DNA from: Tubulanus polymorphus
Lineage: Eukaryota; Animalia; Nemertea
Direction: 5' to 3'
DNA length: 64,000 bases
Assembly: GCF_964204645.1 (NCBI RefSeq)
Contig: NC_134031.1
Coordinates: forward strand, 14,867,807 to 14,931,806
Below, one piece after another: positions 1 through 19,872 of this stretch (its first letter is position 1; each line of letters begins with the position of its first letter). A model generated the notes under the pieces. The model was given only the letters and a program-made list of their open reading frames with translations. It was not told the origin of the DNA and searched no databases. A program made the position numbers and the translations under genes.

Positions 1-675
1 TATGTTAGACTGGTCTAATTCTGTTAGACTGGTCTAATGTTAGTGAATATTTCATATGAAAGTCGCTGAAATACAATGCGTAATCTAATGAATTTTCTTT
101 GACAAATAAGTGGAGGATCTTGTGGGGAGGTGCATTCGCACCCAACGCATCCCCCTTGGGTAGAGGCCGGATGTTTGTTTTCAACGTATTCATTTATATT
201 TGCCCGCAAAAATAACAGGGGCGAGTCAAATATCAAGGAGGAGTTGAAAGGCGTGGCTAGCCACCCCTTCTAATGCCTTCCGAAAATGTTTTAAAAGGGG
301 CATTTTCGTATAGATAGCCTATCTCTTATATCGCGGCAGTTCGACAGACATTGGCGCTATAGGTCAAACTTGACTCGGATGAGAGATCGAATTCGCCGCC
401 GCAAATTAAACCGTAAGCTCAAAATAACAGATTTCTTTCGCATAAGTGTAATCGACCAATGTAGCCTTTCTGATAACTCGCACTGTTTGTTGAATTATGA
501 AGATGAAAATGGTTTGGGACTATTAGCAGTATAGGCCCCATAAGATTGTTGCTTTTCTGCCTCGGAACCAGAACTAACGGTAATACATGATACCTATCAT
601 GCGGTATATAAGATTATATTAGTGCAGCTCCACTCGATATTTATTAGCCCCTTCGTTCGGTTACAGACATTCCGA

Positions 676-902
676 GGGGCGGATCCAACCTATCCTCACT
701 GCATTCCATAATGTTGTCAGAAAAATGTGAATAGAATATCTTCTAGAAGAATGCCTTTAAATACGTGGAAAAACAGTTATTTTTTCATATTCTTCTTGGA
801 GAGAAACTCCCCCCCCCCTTTAATGAGCTTCGCCGCTGGAATATCATTTAGCAATAATTTTTAGGAATAAAGTCAAATTCACCGCGGCTGGATCCGCCCC
901 TG
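676..902. mobile_element. MITE with GGGGCGGATCC...GGATCCGCCCC termini
   Basis: Terminal inverted repeats of the same type as 42367-43205. Confidence 0.6.
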
Positions 903-1668
903 CGCTAGGCCGTGTCCGGTAAACGAACATATTCGCCTAATCAAAATTATCTGATTTTTTCCCAATCTGTGTCAAAAAAATTCCGAAAACCAGTTCTATG
1001 ATGAATTGTAAATCATAACGATAGATGTTTGATTAATGACCTGTATGGTAAGTTTACCCAAATCAATCGTGTGGGTATCTCATTAAATTTATCAACACCT
1101 CGCATCCTGGTCGCGGCACGATGACTCAGCAGGTTGTCATAATTTTTGCTGAAACCATCGCTCAAATGCTGCAAATTCCTCCCTGGCATTTTTCGAAATT
1201 TTCTACGGTCTCTTCATTACGTTTCTTATCAGCCAACCCCTTTGAAAAATCCTAGATCTGATGCGTTTTAGAGGCATTTCTAGCAACTAAAGTCCCAAGT
1301 GGGCCAAAAACAATTATCACATCAACACAAAGTTGATTTCAGCTTTTAATCTTTTAGTTATATCTAGGACCTGAAAAATCCTCAAGCAATCCTCATCTAA
1401 ATGCTAGTCCTCAAAATCAAAATCTCATGAATACTAATTAATGAAAGACAGACTCATGAATATTAATGAAAACAACCTGTTTCTAATATTTTATTTTTTT
1501 GAGTAATAATATTTTTTTCATATATATATATTTCAGTAGAAAATGCACATTTAAATGATGAGTCACGAGGGCACAAGAGCGGGCGAGGCCCGTGAGGGGT
1601 CACGGGTGGGGGCCTGGCCACCAGTGACGGGTCACGGGCCGGTGATATATTCCTAATCGAAGCCTGTT

Positions 1669-9722
<8,054 letters not shown>

Positions 9723-11007
9723 CACTAATTACTATATTCACTAATCACTCTGTGTAATTATCCATGAAATGCGGGTTAATTCGCCTAAAAGTGTGCGCCG
9801 AAAATGAGACAGGAACCAGGAAGTGAATACGGCGCTCGTACTATTTACCGCCGAGTACCGTCCTCGCACAGGGAGTTCACCTTCAGTCGGACTATTTATC
9901 ACCGAGTACCGATGTCATAAATAATCCTATGCGGCCCGCTAGACGCCGGATGATGGTATTTTTATGACGAAAGTGATTAAATCCACATAAGCGGCTGGAT
10001 TCCATAAATATGCTATTCATGATATACAGAAAAGTTAAATCTTTCAGGAAAAAATACTTTTTGTAGCTTTACTGAATTTACATATGGAATATTTCATTTT
10101 GATAATAAATATCTTTTTTTTATTTCAAGTTTTAAATCTCTGAACTTCTTCAACCATCCGTCATCCCAAGCGAAGAAACTGTAACGTTTTTTTTTTGTTC
10201 TATATCAATTAGCCTAACTAGCCGAATATTTTCCAAAGAGAAAATAAACTGGTTTAATTGATTAGAGCGGCCGCGGTAATGAAGGGGTAATTCAGACTGG
10301 TAGGGACGGAGAGCTCCGAATAGTGTTGGGTCTTATCAATAATTCAGTACAGTTGAATCAACATATAATTACTGTACCGTTACCGGTACAACTGTACTCT
10401 CGATGGTGAAATAGTACTTTTTTAAACGGACGAACCTTGGTTTCAATCGACGGAGCCACAACGATTCACCGGTTAACAGATGGTCTCGTTCTCACACGTA
10501 AATATTGAACTTGAAACCGGGCGCCGCAGGTTTTTCAAAAGTCGGTTAAAATCAATACCGATTGGTGAAAACTAAAAGCCTAGGCATTTTGTTGCAGTTT
10601 TCGTGTCGAAGATCTGACACGTGGATATTGATCGACAAAACTCGTGGAATTTCTACACTTGAGAAACTCCGGGCCCCGGCTCAGCTGGATTTATTGAAAA
10701 TACACTAATTTAGATTTTGAGTCGAATTCAACGGTAAAACCTTGTCCTGATCCGCGTCGCACAGTTTCTCCACTCGCGAAGGACACTGATTCGGTGATGT
10801 TATGAAATCTAAGTGACGGACCTCGTCAGAAGCCAATTATTTAGTACGCGATAAATCATAGAACTGTAAATAAGGAATAAAAAAGATGACACCCGGCCTG
10901 GTACGTATGGTGTCAGTCTATTACGATGATTTAGACTAGAAATAGTTCGGTTACTAGTGAACTGTGGAATTTATGATGAACGCTCAATAACGAAAATCAT
11001 AGCTAAA

Positions 11008-12926
11008 ATGTTGCTGCATAACCAAACCGTCATCATCGTGTTGTTTCTGCTCCTCAGTTTTACCGGTGTTTGTATATCGTCTGCTGTTCGCGATGACGTC
11101 CAACGATTCAATATAACGCTGAATTCTGCATCGTTTCAACGCGTTGCCGACAAAAACCCGAAAGTTCAATTCGTGAAAATTGCCACGCATGAACGCGTGG
11201 CTAGCGTTCTCGTGTGCGGGATCATAACTTTACAATCTCAACCAGAGGGCGCTAGTTTATTCACGTTCAAAAACATCTCCGGTGGACTATGTGAGGTTTA
11301 TTCGCAGGCTAATGGCAATAGAAAATCGGTTGCTATCGACTGGGCTGCAGCTGCTGAGGGCGATAGATTTCAAATCATAAAATTCAACAATAACATCAAC
11401 ACCGCACCAAATACAAAATCGACTCATCCGTCTGCTGTTTCCGCAACAACCAGTGCGTTGCCATCGACTACCAGTGCGTTGCCAATGACGACCAGTGCAT
11501 TACCATCACCAATGTTTAAAAATATCAATGGTTTGTAGTTTAACCCTAGAAATCTTAGAATGTTTGATATTTTGATAATTGTACCATTCTACGATTATTT
11601 AGTAATGCTGAGTGTCTTTTAACGTATGTGAGGTGCGCGTATGTGAAGTGTGCGTATGCGAGGTGTGCGGTATGTGAGATGTGCGTATGCGAGGTGTGCG
11701 TATGGGAGGTGGGCGTATGAGGGGTATACGCGTATGCCAGGTATGTGCTATGTTAGATATGCGTATGCGAGGTGTGCGTATGTGAGGTGCGCGTATGTGA
11801 GGTGCGGTATGTGAGGTGTGCGTATGTGCAGAGGTGCGCGTATGTGAGGTGCGGTATGTGAGGTGTGCGTATGTGAGGTGTGCGTATGCGAAGTGTGCGT
11901 ATGTTAATGTGTGCAAGAATGTGTATGTGGAGTGAGGGGTCGGGAATGAAGCTTTTAATGGCTTTTGTTCCTCGCATATTGTTACACCGTGTCCGTCTAT
12001 CTACCTGTGATCAGATGTTTCGCTATCTTCAATCTCTGTACCAATCATTCATGCAAATAAATCTAATTAAATCAATATCCAAAAAGCAGGCATACGTCTT
12101 ATTCTTACTGATCCCGGAGGCGACAGGGCGAAAAAAAGGAAAGAAATAATCTCATTAAAAATCGATTCGTCTTTTATAAGATTTTACAAGATTATTTCGT
12201 TCCCAAGAAAAAAAAATTATTTTTCATCATGTCACCTCTTGGGCTCCGTATAAAAATTTTTTTTTCTTGTTCTATATTTGTGTAGATTGCGTCCGTCTGA
12301 AACATGGATGTTATGTTTTCGATCTGAGACCGGTTCAGACCCGAGACGGAGCGGCGAAAATGTGCGAAAACATAAACATGAAATTAATCGTTACTGAAAC
12401 ATTTGATGAGTTCCTGGACGTGAGAAAATACATTAAAGATAAACTTAAACTCAGTAAGTACGAATATCCAGTTGATAAAATATTTTGATTATTTCATTAC
12501 TCATTTTTTTAGAAAAAAATTTCAAATGATAGAACTACGTATATCTAATGCGTATATCTAATTGATAGATACAAACTATCAGTAAGTAAAGGTTTTTGAT
12601 AAAGATATCTCGAATACGATTTCATTGATAAAAAAGGAATCTAAAAGTGTTCATTTCACACACACATACACAGAAATAGCACGATTTTTACAGGGTTCGA
12701 TTTTTGGACGGCTGGTTATCTGGATACAACGGATAAGACGTGGAAGTGGGCACCGGACGGGATTGAATTCAGTTTTGAAATAGTAAATAATGCATGGGCG
12801 CCCGGACAACCATCAGGGGGCGCCACAAACACTGCCGTGCATTTCTTTTACGGCGGGAACTGTTTTTTCGACGACGACTCCCCGAAAAATTATAAATCCT
12901 TTATTTGCGAAATGATCGGCGGGTGA
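11008..12926 (+). CDS. Secreted C-type lectin domain protein (signal peptide, degenerate PAN/apple-like region, Thr/Ser linker, CTLD), 3 exons, 307 aa
   Basis: Exons 11008-11530, 12286-12453, 12694-12926 with phase-1 GT-AG introns. Hydrophobic N-terminus MLLHNQTVIIVLFLLLSFTGVCISS. CTLD hallmarks: GCYVF, A.KMCE, FWTAG, TWKW, WAPGQPS, FICE. Confidence 0.85.
11623..11930. repeat. Imperfect ~15-bp (GTGTGCGTATGTGAG)n repeat in lectin intron 1
   Basis: Seen directly. Confidence 0.9.
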
Positions 12927-13185
12927 AATCACTTAACAAAGCGGCCATTTTGGATTGTTATGAGTGCGGATGCACGACTTGGTTGGCAATAGCAACTGAC
13001 GATATATTTTTCCCCCGAGTGTCTCGTGATTCTGACGCACGTGATCGAAGATGCCGGAAGCCACACGCGACTGTAAGACAACGATAGTTTTGGAAACAAC
13101 TATATAAATTACTTTTTTTTTCTCGCTTTTTTGCAAATTCTCATTATTGAAATATCACTGAGCGGAACTTTCTGCGCTCTCCCGG

Positions 13186-13384
<199 letters not shown>

Positions 13385-15074
13385 TTTATAATTATATATA
13401 TGTGTATATATATACATATAATTATATATGAAATATTATGTAACTTTGACCATAAACATCATTATTGTCATTAATATTATCTGTACGAGCGCAAACCACC
13501 AAATTATTCCTATTCAATAATGATTAATCATGATTGTTTATTCTATGTTTGGTATTGTTTTTGTATCGGTGTAAAAAATTCAAACATCGTTTAAGATGAG
13601 ATTTCCATGTATGTCGAGGGCAAGCCCTCTATTCGTATCAGTTGGACGTTGTAAAATCAAGCATTATTGGTAAAACATTATGTAAGAGGTACTATCAACC
13701 AATAGATTTTACTTCATTTTCGTAATATTGATTACATTTGAGACGTTACATCACGCAGACACGTGATAGGGTGTGGCTAGGTGGATCTTCAGTCTTCAAA
13801 TATCCAATTCATCGATAATTAGCATTAACAGTAAGTACTTGAGAACTATTGGCTTTAGACGCATTAGTGGTCAGTGATAGAGGTCATTGGTAGCGGTTAA
13901 ATCAGAGGTTACAGTGACTTGTAGGTCACCATCAACTCATGTACTTCATTCTAATCAATCATGTGATTAGGAACCGTTTGAGAAATTCGAATTTTGATTA
14001 TTATGGCTAAACAGTTCACATTGTTTGTTTGAGGGAAATTAAATATAACTGAAATTTAGAAAATAGGAAATTTCTTATGTTTTGTGTCTACTGTTTCATT
14101 TCGTAAAATCTGGTAAGCTATTCAATCAAATCGAAAACACCGAAAGCATTCTTTTCGTGTTCGTTTCTCGTTGGGAATTTTTCTTCTCATTCCATCCATC
14201 TCGCTTTTGTATCATATTAATCATTTCTTTGTTTTTTGGCTCGGTCCAAAGTTGTTACAGCCTGTGGGCTCTGTGACTGCACCCTCACTTATCGATGTTA
14301 ACTCGGCACCTATATTATTCATTTCATTTTTATCATTAAGTAAAAAATGAATTAAATTGAAAATTAATTAAGAATTGAGAATTTTCTCTTTTTCGATCAT
14401 CGAAATTATTCGGATAAGATAAAGTCACATGGCGGAAACACAGAGACATTTTCAAATGTCATATCGACATCAGTGATGTTTAAACCAATCCGAGAAAGCG
14501 CCGCGGTCAAGAACGAATGCGCGGTAAATTTTTTGTAGAGCTACGACAATTTCCACCATGTTTAACGAAAACACGAGTATATCGAAATGTATCGGTAACG
14601 TGAGGTCGCTTGCGCGCCTTTGACATATATCATTAAATATATAAAAATTGACTTTGTTTCTCGAAGTATAAATAAGCGCCGCGAGAGACACAATGAACGT
14701 GTGCGCGATACCTAGAATGGATTGATATCCGTTCATCTTCAGTAATTACTAGATGCATCGGTAATTACTGTAATTAATTACTAATACTAGGATAGGACGA
14801 GATGTAACCGCATGTGACTACAATTTCTAAGATTACATAGAATCATTGACATCTGCAATAAGACACGCGTGTCCGACCTAACTTTTAACCTTAAACAGAT
14901 TATAGATATATATATATATAATAACGGCGACCCGTGGTCAGTACTGTGTGGCGTTGGAACAATGATCAACCGCAATCGCTGTAAAGACTCGCCTAACCTC
15001 ACGTGTACGTATAATATGTATGCGTGTGTGATTGTTACAGTACTCACGTGGCTGTGTCTGTTGTGTCTCCAGCG

Positions 15075-15392
15075 CGGCGTACGCGTGACCAGCTCGAACT
15101 AATAATGATTGCGATAATGTTCTCGGTTTCTGTCGGATGTATTAGCAACCTTGAAACCGTCTCTTCTAACTGGCTGCTTCGGTGAGAGATAGGAAAGCCA
15201 GGTCGTGGCACCTTTGATTTTTATGGTTCTTCCAGTACAACTAAAATATCCGGCCCGCGAATTGTCATCGTAATTTCATCTTCTTGGCATATGCAAGATT
15301 GAGCATGCAACAGTCGCTCCATCTCAAACGCAGTGAACAGAACAGTTTTCATAAGTTGACTTCGTTTTCAACTCAAATCTGCTGAGGACTAC
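15075..15392. repeat. ~310-bp interspersed repeat, direct copy at 27942-28253
   Basis: TACGCGTGACCAGCTCGAACTAAT...AAATCTGCTGAGGACTAC is highly similar at both sites. Confidence 0.9.
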
Positions 15393-18300
15393 TTGCAGAG
15401 GTACACATCTATACCGGTAAGACTTCTCAGTTTTATGCATTGTACAACTGAAAATCAATTCACTTAAAAAAACCATCGCTTTGTGGATTATTAAAAATTT
15501 CAGCTTTAATATGGTATTTACGTTAGAATTAAGCCAAAATGCCAGACATCGCATTTCATAAATGTCCATTGTCCGTGTTTTGGGTAAAGTAATCAAACAA
15601 AATTGGAATCAGTTTTACAAAAAGAAGTTTTTAAAAAGCAATTTCAAGCAATCAAACTGACATTTTAAGAATTTTCGTAAAATGAATCCAGGCCATATAA
15701 CTTGTTTTTACTATCCAAAAGCTAGTACAACCGGCTTGACACAGTATTTGTTACCTAGAGCTATCTATGGTCTACTTGTTTAGAACGTCTTTTTGCTGTC
15801 TATGTACGAGACCCGGGTTGGAGCAGCCCGGTTATCAGATGTTACAGTCTGTCCGTTTAGTTATCGCTTCAAATCTGTCTTGAAACGAGAAAGCCATAAA
15901 CGTGTATATTACTTTGTCCTTAGAAATCTTGATCTTGAATAGAAAATAAAAATACTTGAAGTTTGGGGTGAAAAGTTTGTGGTTGATTTAGTTTACATGC
16001 AACACAGCAATATTTCAAAAGTTCATTAGTTATATACTCAACTTGAATTAATTAATTTTCAATGCGTTAACTCAGAGTCAAAAATACCTAAAATTTGGAA
16101 CTGGTTACAGGGTCCAGGATCCAGATATATCGCTTTTTTACGCTACGCAGGAGCGGATTTAGGGGGAGCACCGGGGCGCGGTGTTCCCCCTAAAAGTGTC
16201 AGGAAATGTTATGAAATACTTTTTGCGCTCTTTTGAAAAGAAGGATTCTCATGTAGGATTCAATGGTCTCAATATACTATTTGTAGTAAATAGTGACTGT
16301 GACGAACACACAAAATCCTAGGAATTGTGATTAAGGCCGGCTGTTTTCCCGATTGGTGCAAGTGTAAATGTGTCGTTTTAAAATAAATATCCAGTTCTTA
16401 ATAACTATTGCAGGTTTAGAAAATTGGTTTTCAGTTATTTTTGCTTTAAACTGAATCATAACTTCGAGATGAGACTAAAATATATCGGGCGGGCTTCAAT
16501 TTTCAAAATTCTTCTGGGGACATCACCTCCCGGGATCGTCCATGGGTCCCAGCCCCTCCCCCGAGTGAACTCCTGCATACTCCTGCTATGTTTAAATTCC
16601 ATTTTAGACGAGTCACCTTACTTAGCAACAGTTGAAATCCACTTAATGTTACTAACTTGCGTCAGAGTCAATTAGCAGAACATACGTCTGTTACATGTGA
16701 CTGTTACGTGCGAGTCACGACAGTGACTTCAGTCGCTCACGCGTTTATAATTAAAGTTACAGCGGGTGCGTATCATTTGTATCCGCGGCCGTTAGATTTG
16801 AAATAATAACAGTAACTCGAAAACTATTCAGTTCTTTTTTGAATTTTCATAACTGTAAAAAAAAACAACCAAAATCTGTTCATGATGAAACAAATGGGCT
16901 GCGTGGTGACGTGTGACATTGTCCGCCTCGTCACCGCTGGGAAAAACATTTTAAAAATTAATTCCAAGCTGAAGATTTTTCTATGTTTCTTAGAAATCTG
17001 CTCAGGGCATAAATTCACATAGTTTGCCCTATTCTGTTCAGACCTGTAACCAGTTTCACAGTACTAGATCTAGTTCCACAGTTCTGAATCAAGTTCCACT
17101 GTTCTGGATCCAGGATCCAGTTCCACATGTTGTGGACCCGGTTCGACAGTTCTGGATCCAGGATGAAAGTGCGACTCAGATTTAGAGATAGTTCACACAA
17201 CCGCGTGGAACTGTGGAACTGGATCCACGATCAATGTTTAAAAGCCTTGGAGTAAAATAATTATCGAGAATCGTAAAATTCCGCACCGCAACCGTCTCTA
17301 ATTGTGAACATAATGTAGGCTTACATATACGTTGAGAATAGCGACCAAAGCGAACTTCGGGTTTCCTAGCTCGACTTTGAACTAATAACCGAAAGCACTA
17401 ACTACATTTCACAATGTCGGCGGCCATCTTGAAACTAGGTCTGAACTTGGTTTGCACAGGCCAGTGGCTGTCGTAAGGCAATAAGTTGATAAACCCACAG
17501 TAAGAAAAAAACTAAAAGATATAGTTTTACGTTTCAATTCAATTCTATGGGCCATTTTCAAATTTTCAAATTCTCATAGTTTTTTCCTCTTACCGTGGTT
17601 TATTAACTTACTAGGTCCGAACTACAGTGCAGCGTCCGTGCTCAATCCGTGATCGACTATATCCAGACCATACTCCCGACTAACGGACGTTCGATTACAC
17701 TTAGTTTGCAAATGAAATAGTCGACTACCGAATTTGTAGGGTCATTGTGGCTGCTTCATTAGTGCGTATTGAAATGATCCAAGTTACATCACCTCCAAAG
17801 ATCAGTCTAAAACCAACTTAGTTCTATAGGCAATCTAACAACTTAAGATCAGTCTTGATATTTAAGACCATATTGGACTTAAGTCACGACCGTGCAACTG
17901 GGCCCTGGGGAAAATTATTCTTGACGCCAAGAATGGTTTGATAAACTTGACGGTACGTGTCACTAAGGTTATGAAACCAGGATTCATTGGTGTTGATATG
18001 ATTAAGGAGTAAACATAATTCCCAAGAAATTTGTTTGTTCGCTGCGTGAGGATTCATAATCTACCGGACAAACATTATTTTTCTGACTGCACCGTTTTGA
18101 CAGGTACAAGTCATTACACTTTTGGTTTTAGTTCCGCCTAAATTAAATCGTTTGAAGGAACCAAACGTTATCTAAAGAAATATGTAGATCTAATCCTAGA
18201 ATGCCGTTGTGTGTTTCAATCATTTACCTCCACCCCTCTTCCCCTCCTCCCCTCCTCCCCTCCTCCTTCTTTCCCTCCTTCCCTCCTGTCCTCCTCTCCT

Positions 18301-18967
18301 CATACATGGTCAGATACTGTAACATGTTCCGGGAGCGAAGGCAATGAATTTAATTTCGCCGGTCAAATTTTCGTATCTGTCAAACTTCTTTAGTATCGAT
18401 CAACAAATTCGCGATCGACGAACCCGGCCTAACTGAGCAAAACAACTCAATCGTCGGTCGAACTTATGTAAGTTGGAGTCACACTTACGTTCCAAAGTCT
18501 AACTCGCTCACTATAAGTATTATCAAAATTACATAAAGAGCTCTTTATGTATTTTTGGTATTATTCAGTAGGAATTACTTCCAGCAGGGAAGTGTAACTA
18601 GTACACTTCCCTGCTTCCGGTACCAGGTACTCTTTAGTAGGGGTTAATTAGGTTCGTAGTTAAGTTTCTCGCATCTACATTTCCCGTCAAGTCACGTAAA
18701 ATTACGTTCATAGGTTTCTCTGCACCCAGTTGCGCGGGTTTTGTATCATCAATTTTGTATCATGTGACTGAGTGGAAATATGTAAATAGTTTCATTAACG
18801 ACGAAACAAAAACTGTTTTATTTGTAAAAGAAGATAACGTTGATTTAGAAGTTAAGAACCGCGACATTTGGTATCGTGTGGAATTGATAATTAAATTTTT
18901 CGAAAGTCGTCAATACCTTTTTCTCTAAAATTTTCAGATTGTTCGATCTTAATTTGTCTCCACGAGA

Positions 18968-19872
18968 ATGGACAATATCGTCGCTAAGCAACGTCAACAA
19001 TGGGAAGTCAATTCATCGACGTCGTCAAATTTGTTCTATTTCTTCAAAATGAAACGTCACCGGTCGACGTGTTCCGAACAAGCCAGTTCTCCGCTAGTCG
19101 CAGAACAGACTACCGCGGAAGCGTGCGGCCCGCCTTCGCCAGACGGTACAAACTCCTCGCCGGAACGAAGATCGCCCGTTAACAGTCAAATGAGCGACAA
19201 TTCGATAGATAACGATAGTTTTCCGTCAAATGTTAGTTCTACAGGTTCCTCGTCGTCTGGTTACGAGAGCGCCGGCTCTTCAGTCATGGACGCTTTGTTC
19301 CCTGCGCCAAACTCAACATCGCCGGCGACCGCGAGAGGCAGTTTATCGAAACAGATCGACAACAAATCTCCTGTCAATCACGCCGAGCAGGAGGCGGGGC
19401 TACGCGAGAAAAAACGTTTTCAAGAATTCACCGAAACGGTGCGTAAAGATATCACGTCGATTCAGATGCCTGTTTTTTCGCCCATGCAGAAATCTATGGA
19501 CGATATCTTCCGCCAGCCGTTACCCCTCGAAATCCCCCATATGCCGTCCTTACCACCTCAACAGAACACTCTCGTTACAAATTACGGATTCCGGAACGAT
19601 ATGAAATTCAGCCCGGGTCCGCGTCATTCCGATTCGATCTTCAGCCAGAAACGAATCGATCAGTTTAGACCGGTCTCGCTGCCCGAAACTTTCCGCTCGA
19701 ATCCATCGTCTCAGATAATGTTACCAGTACAGTACAATATGAGAAATCCGATTGAGACAGCAACAGATTCGAATCAGTTGGAATCAACTGATAAAGATCC
19801 CGATGATTTAGAATGCGGAATATGCGCGGACCGGGCTACCGGACTTCATTACGGGATCGTCACTTGCGAAGG
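18968..19872 (+). CDS. Hr4: HR4-like coding exon 1 (Ser-rich A/B region plus first zinc finger)
   Basis: ORF 18968..19876; donor GG|gtaagc. Confidence 0.9.
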
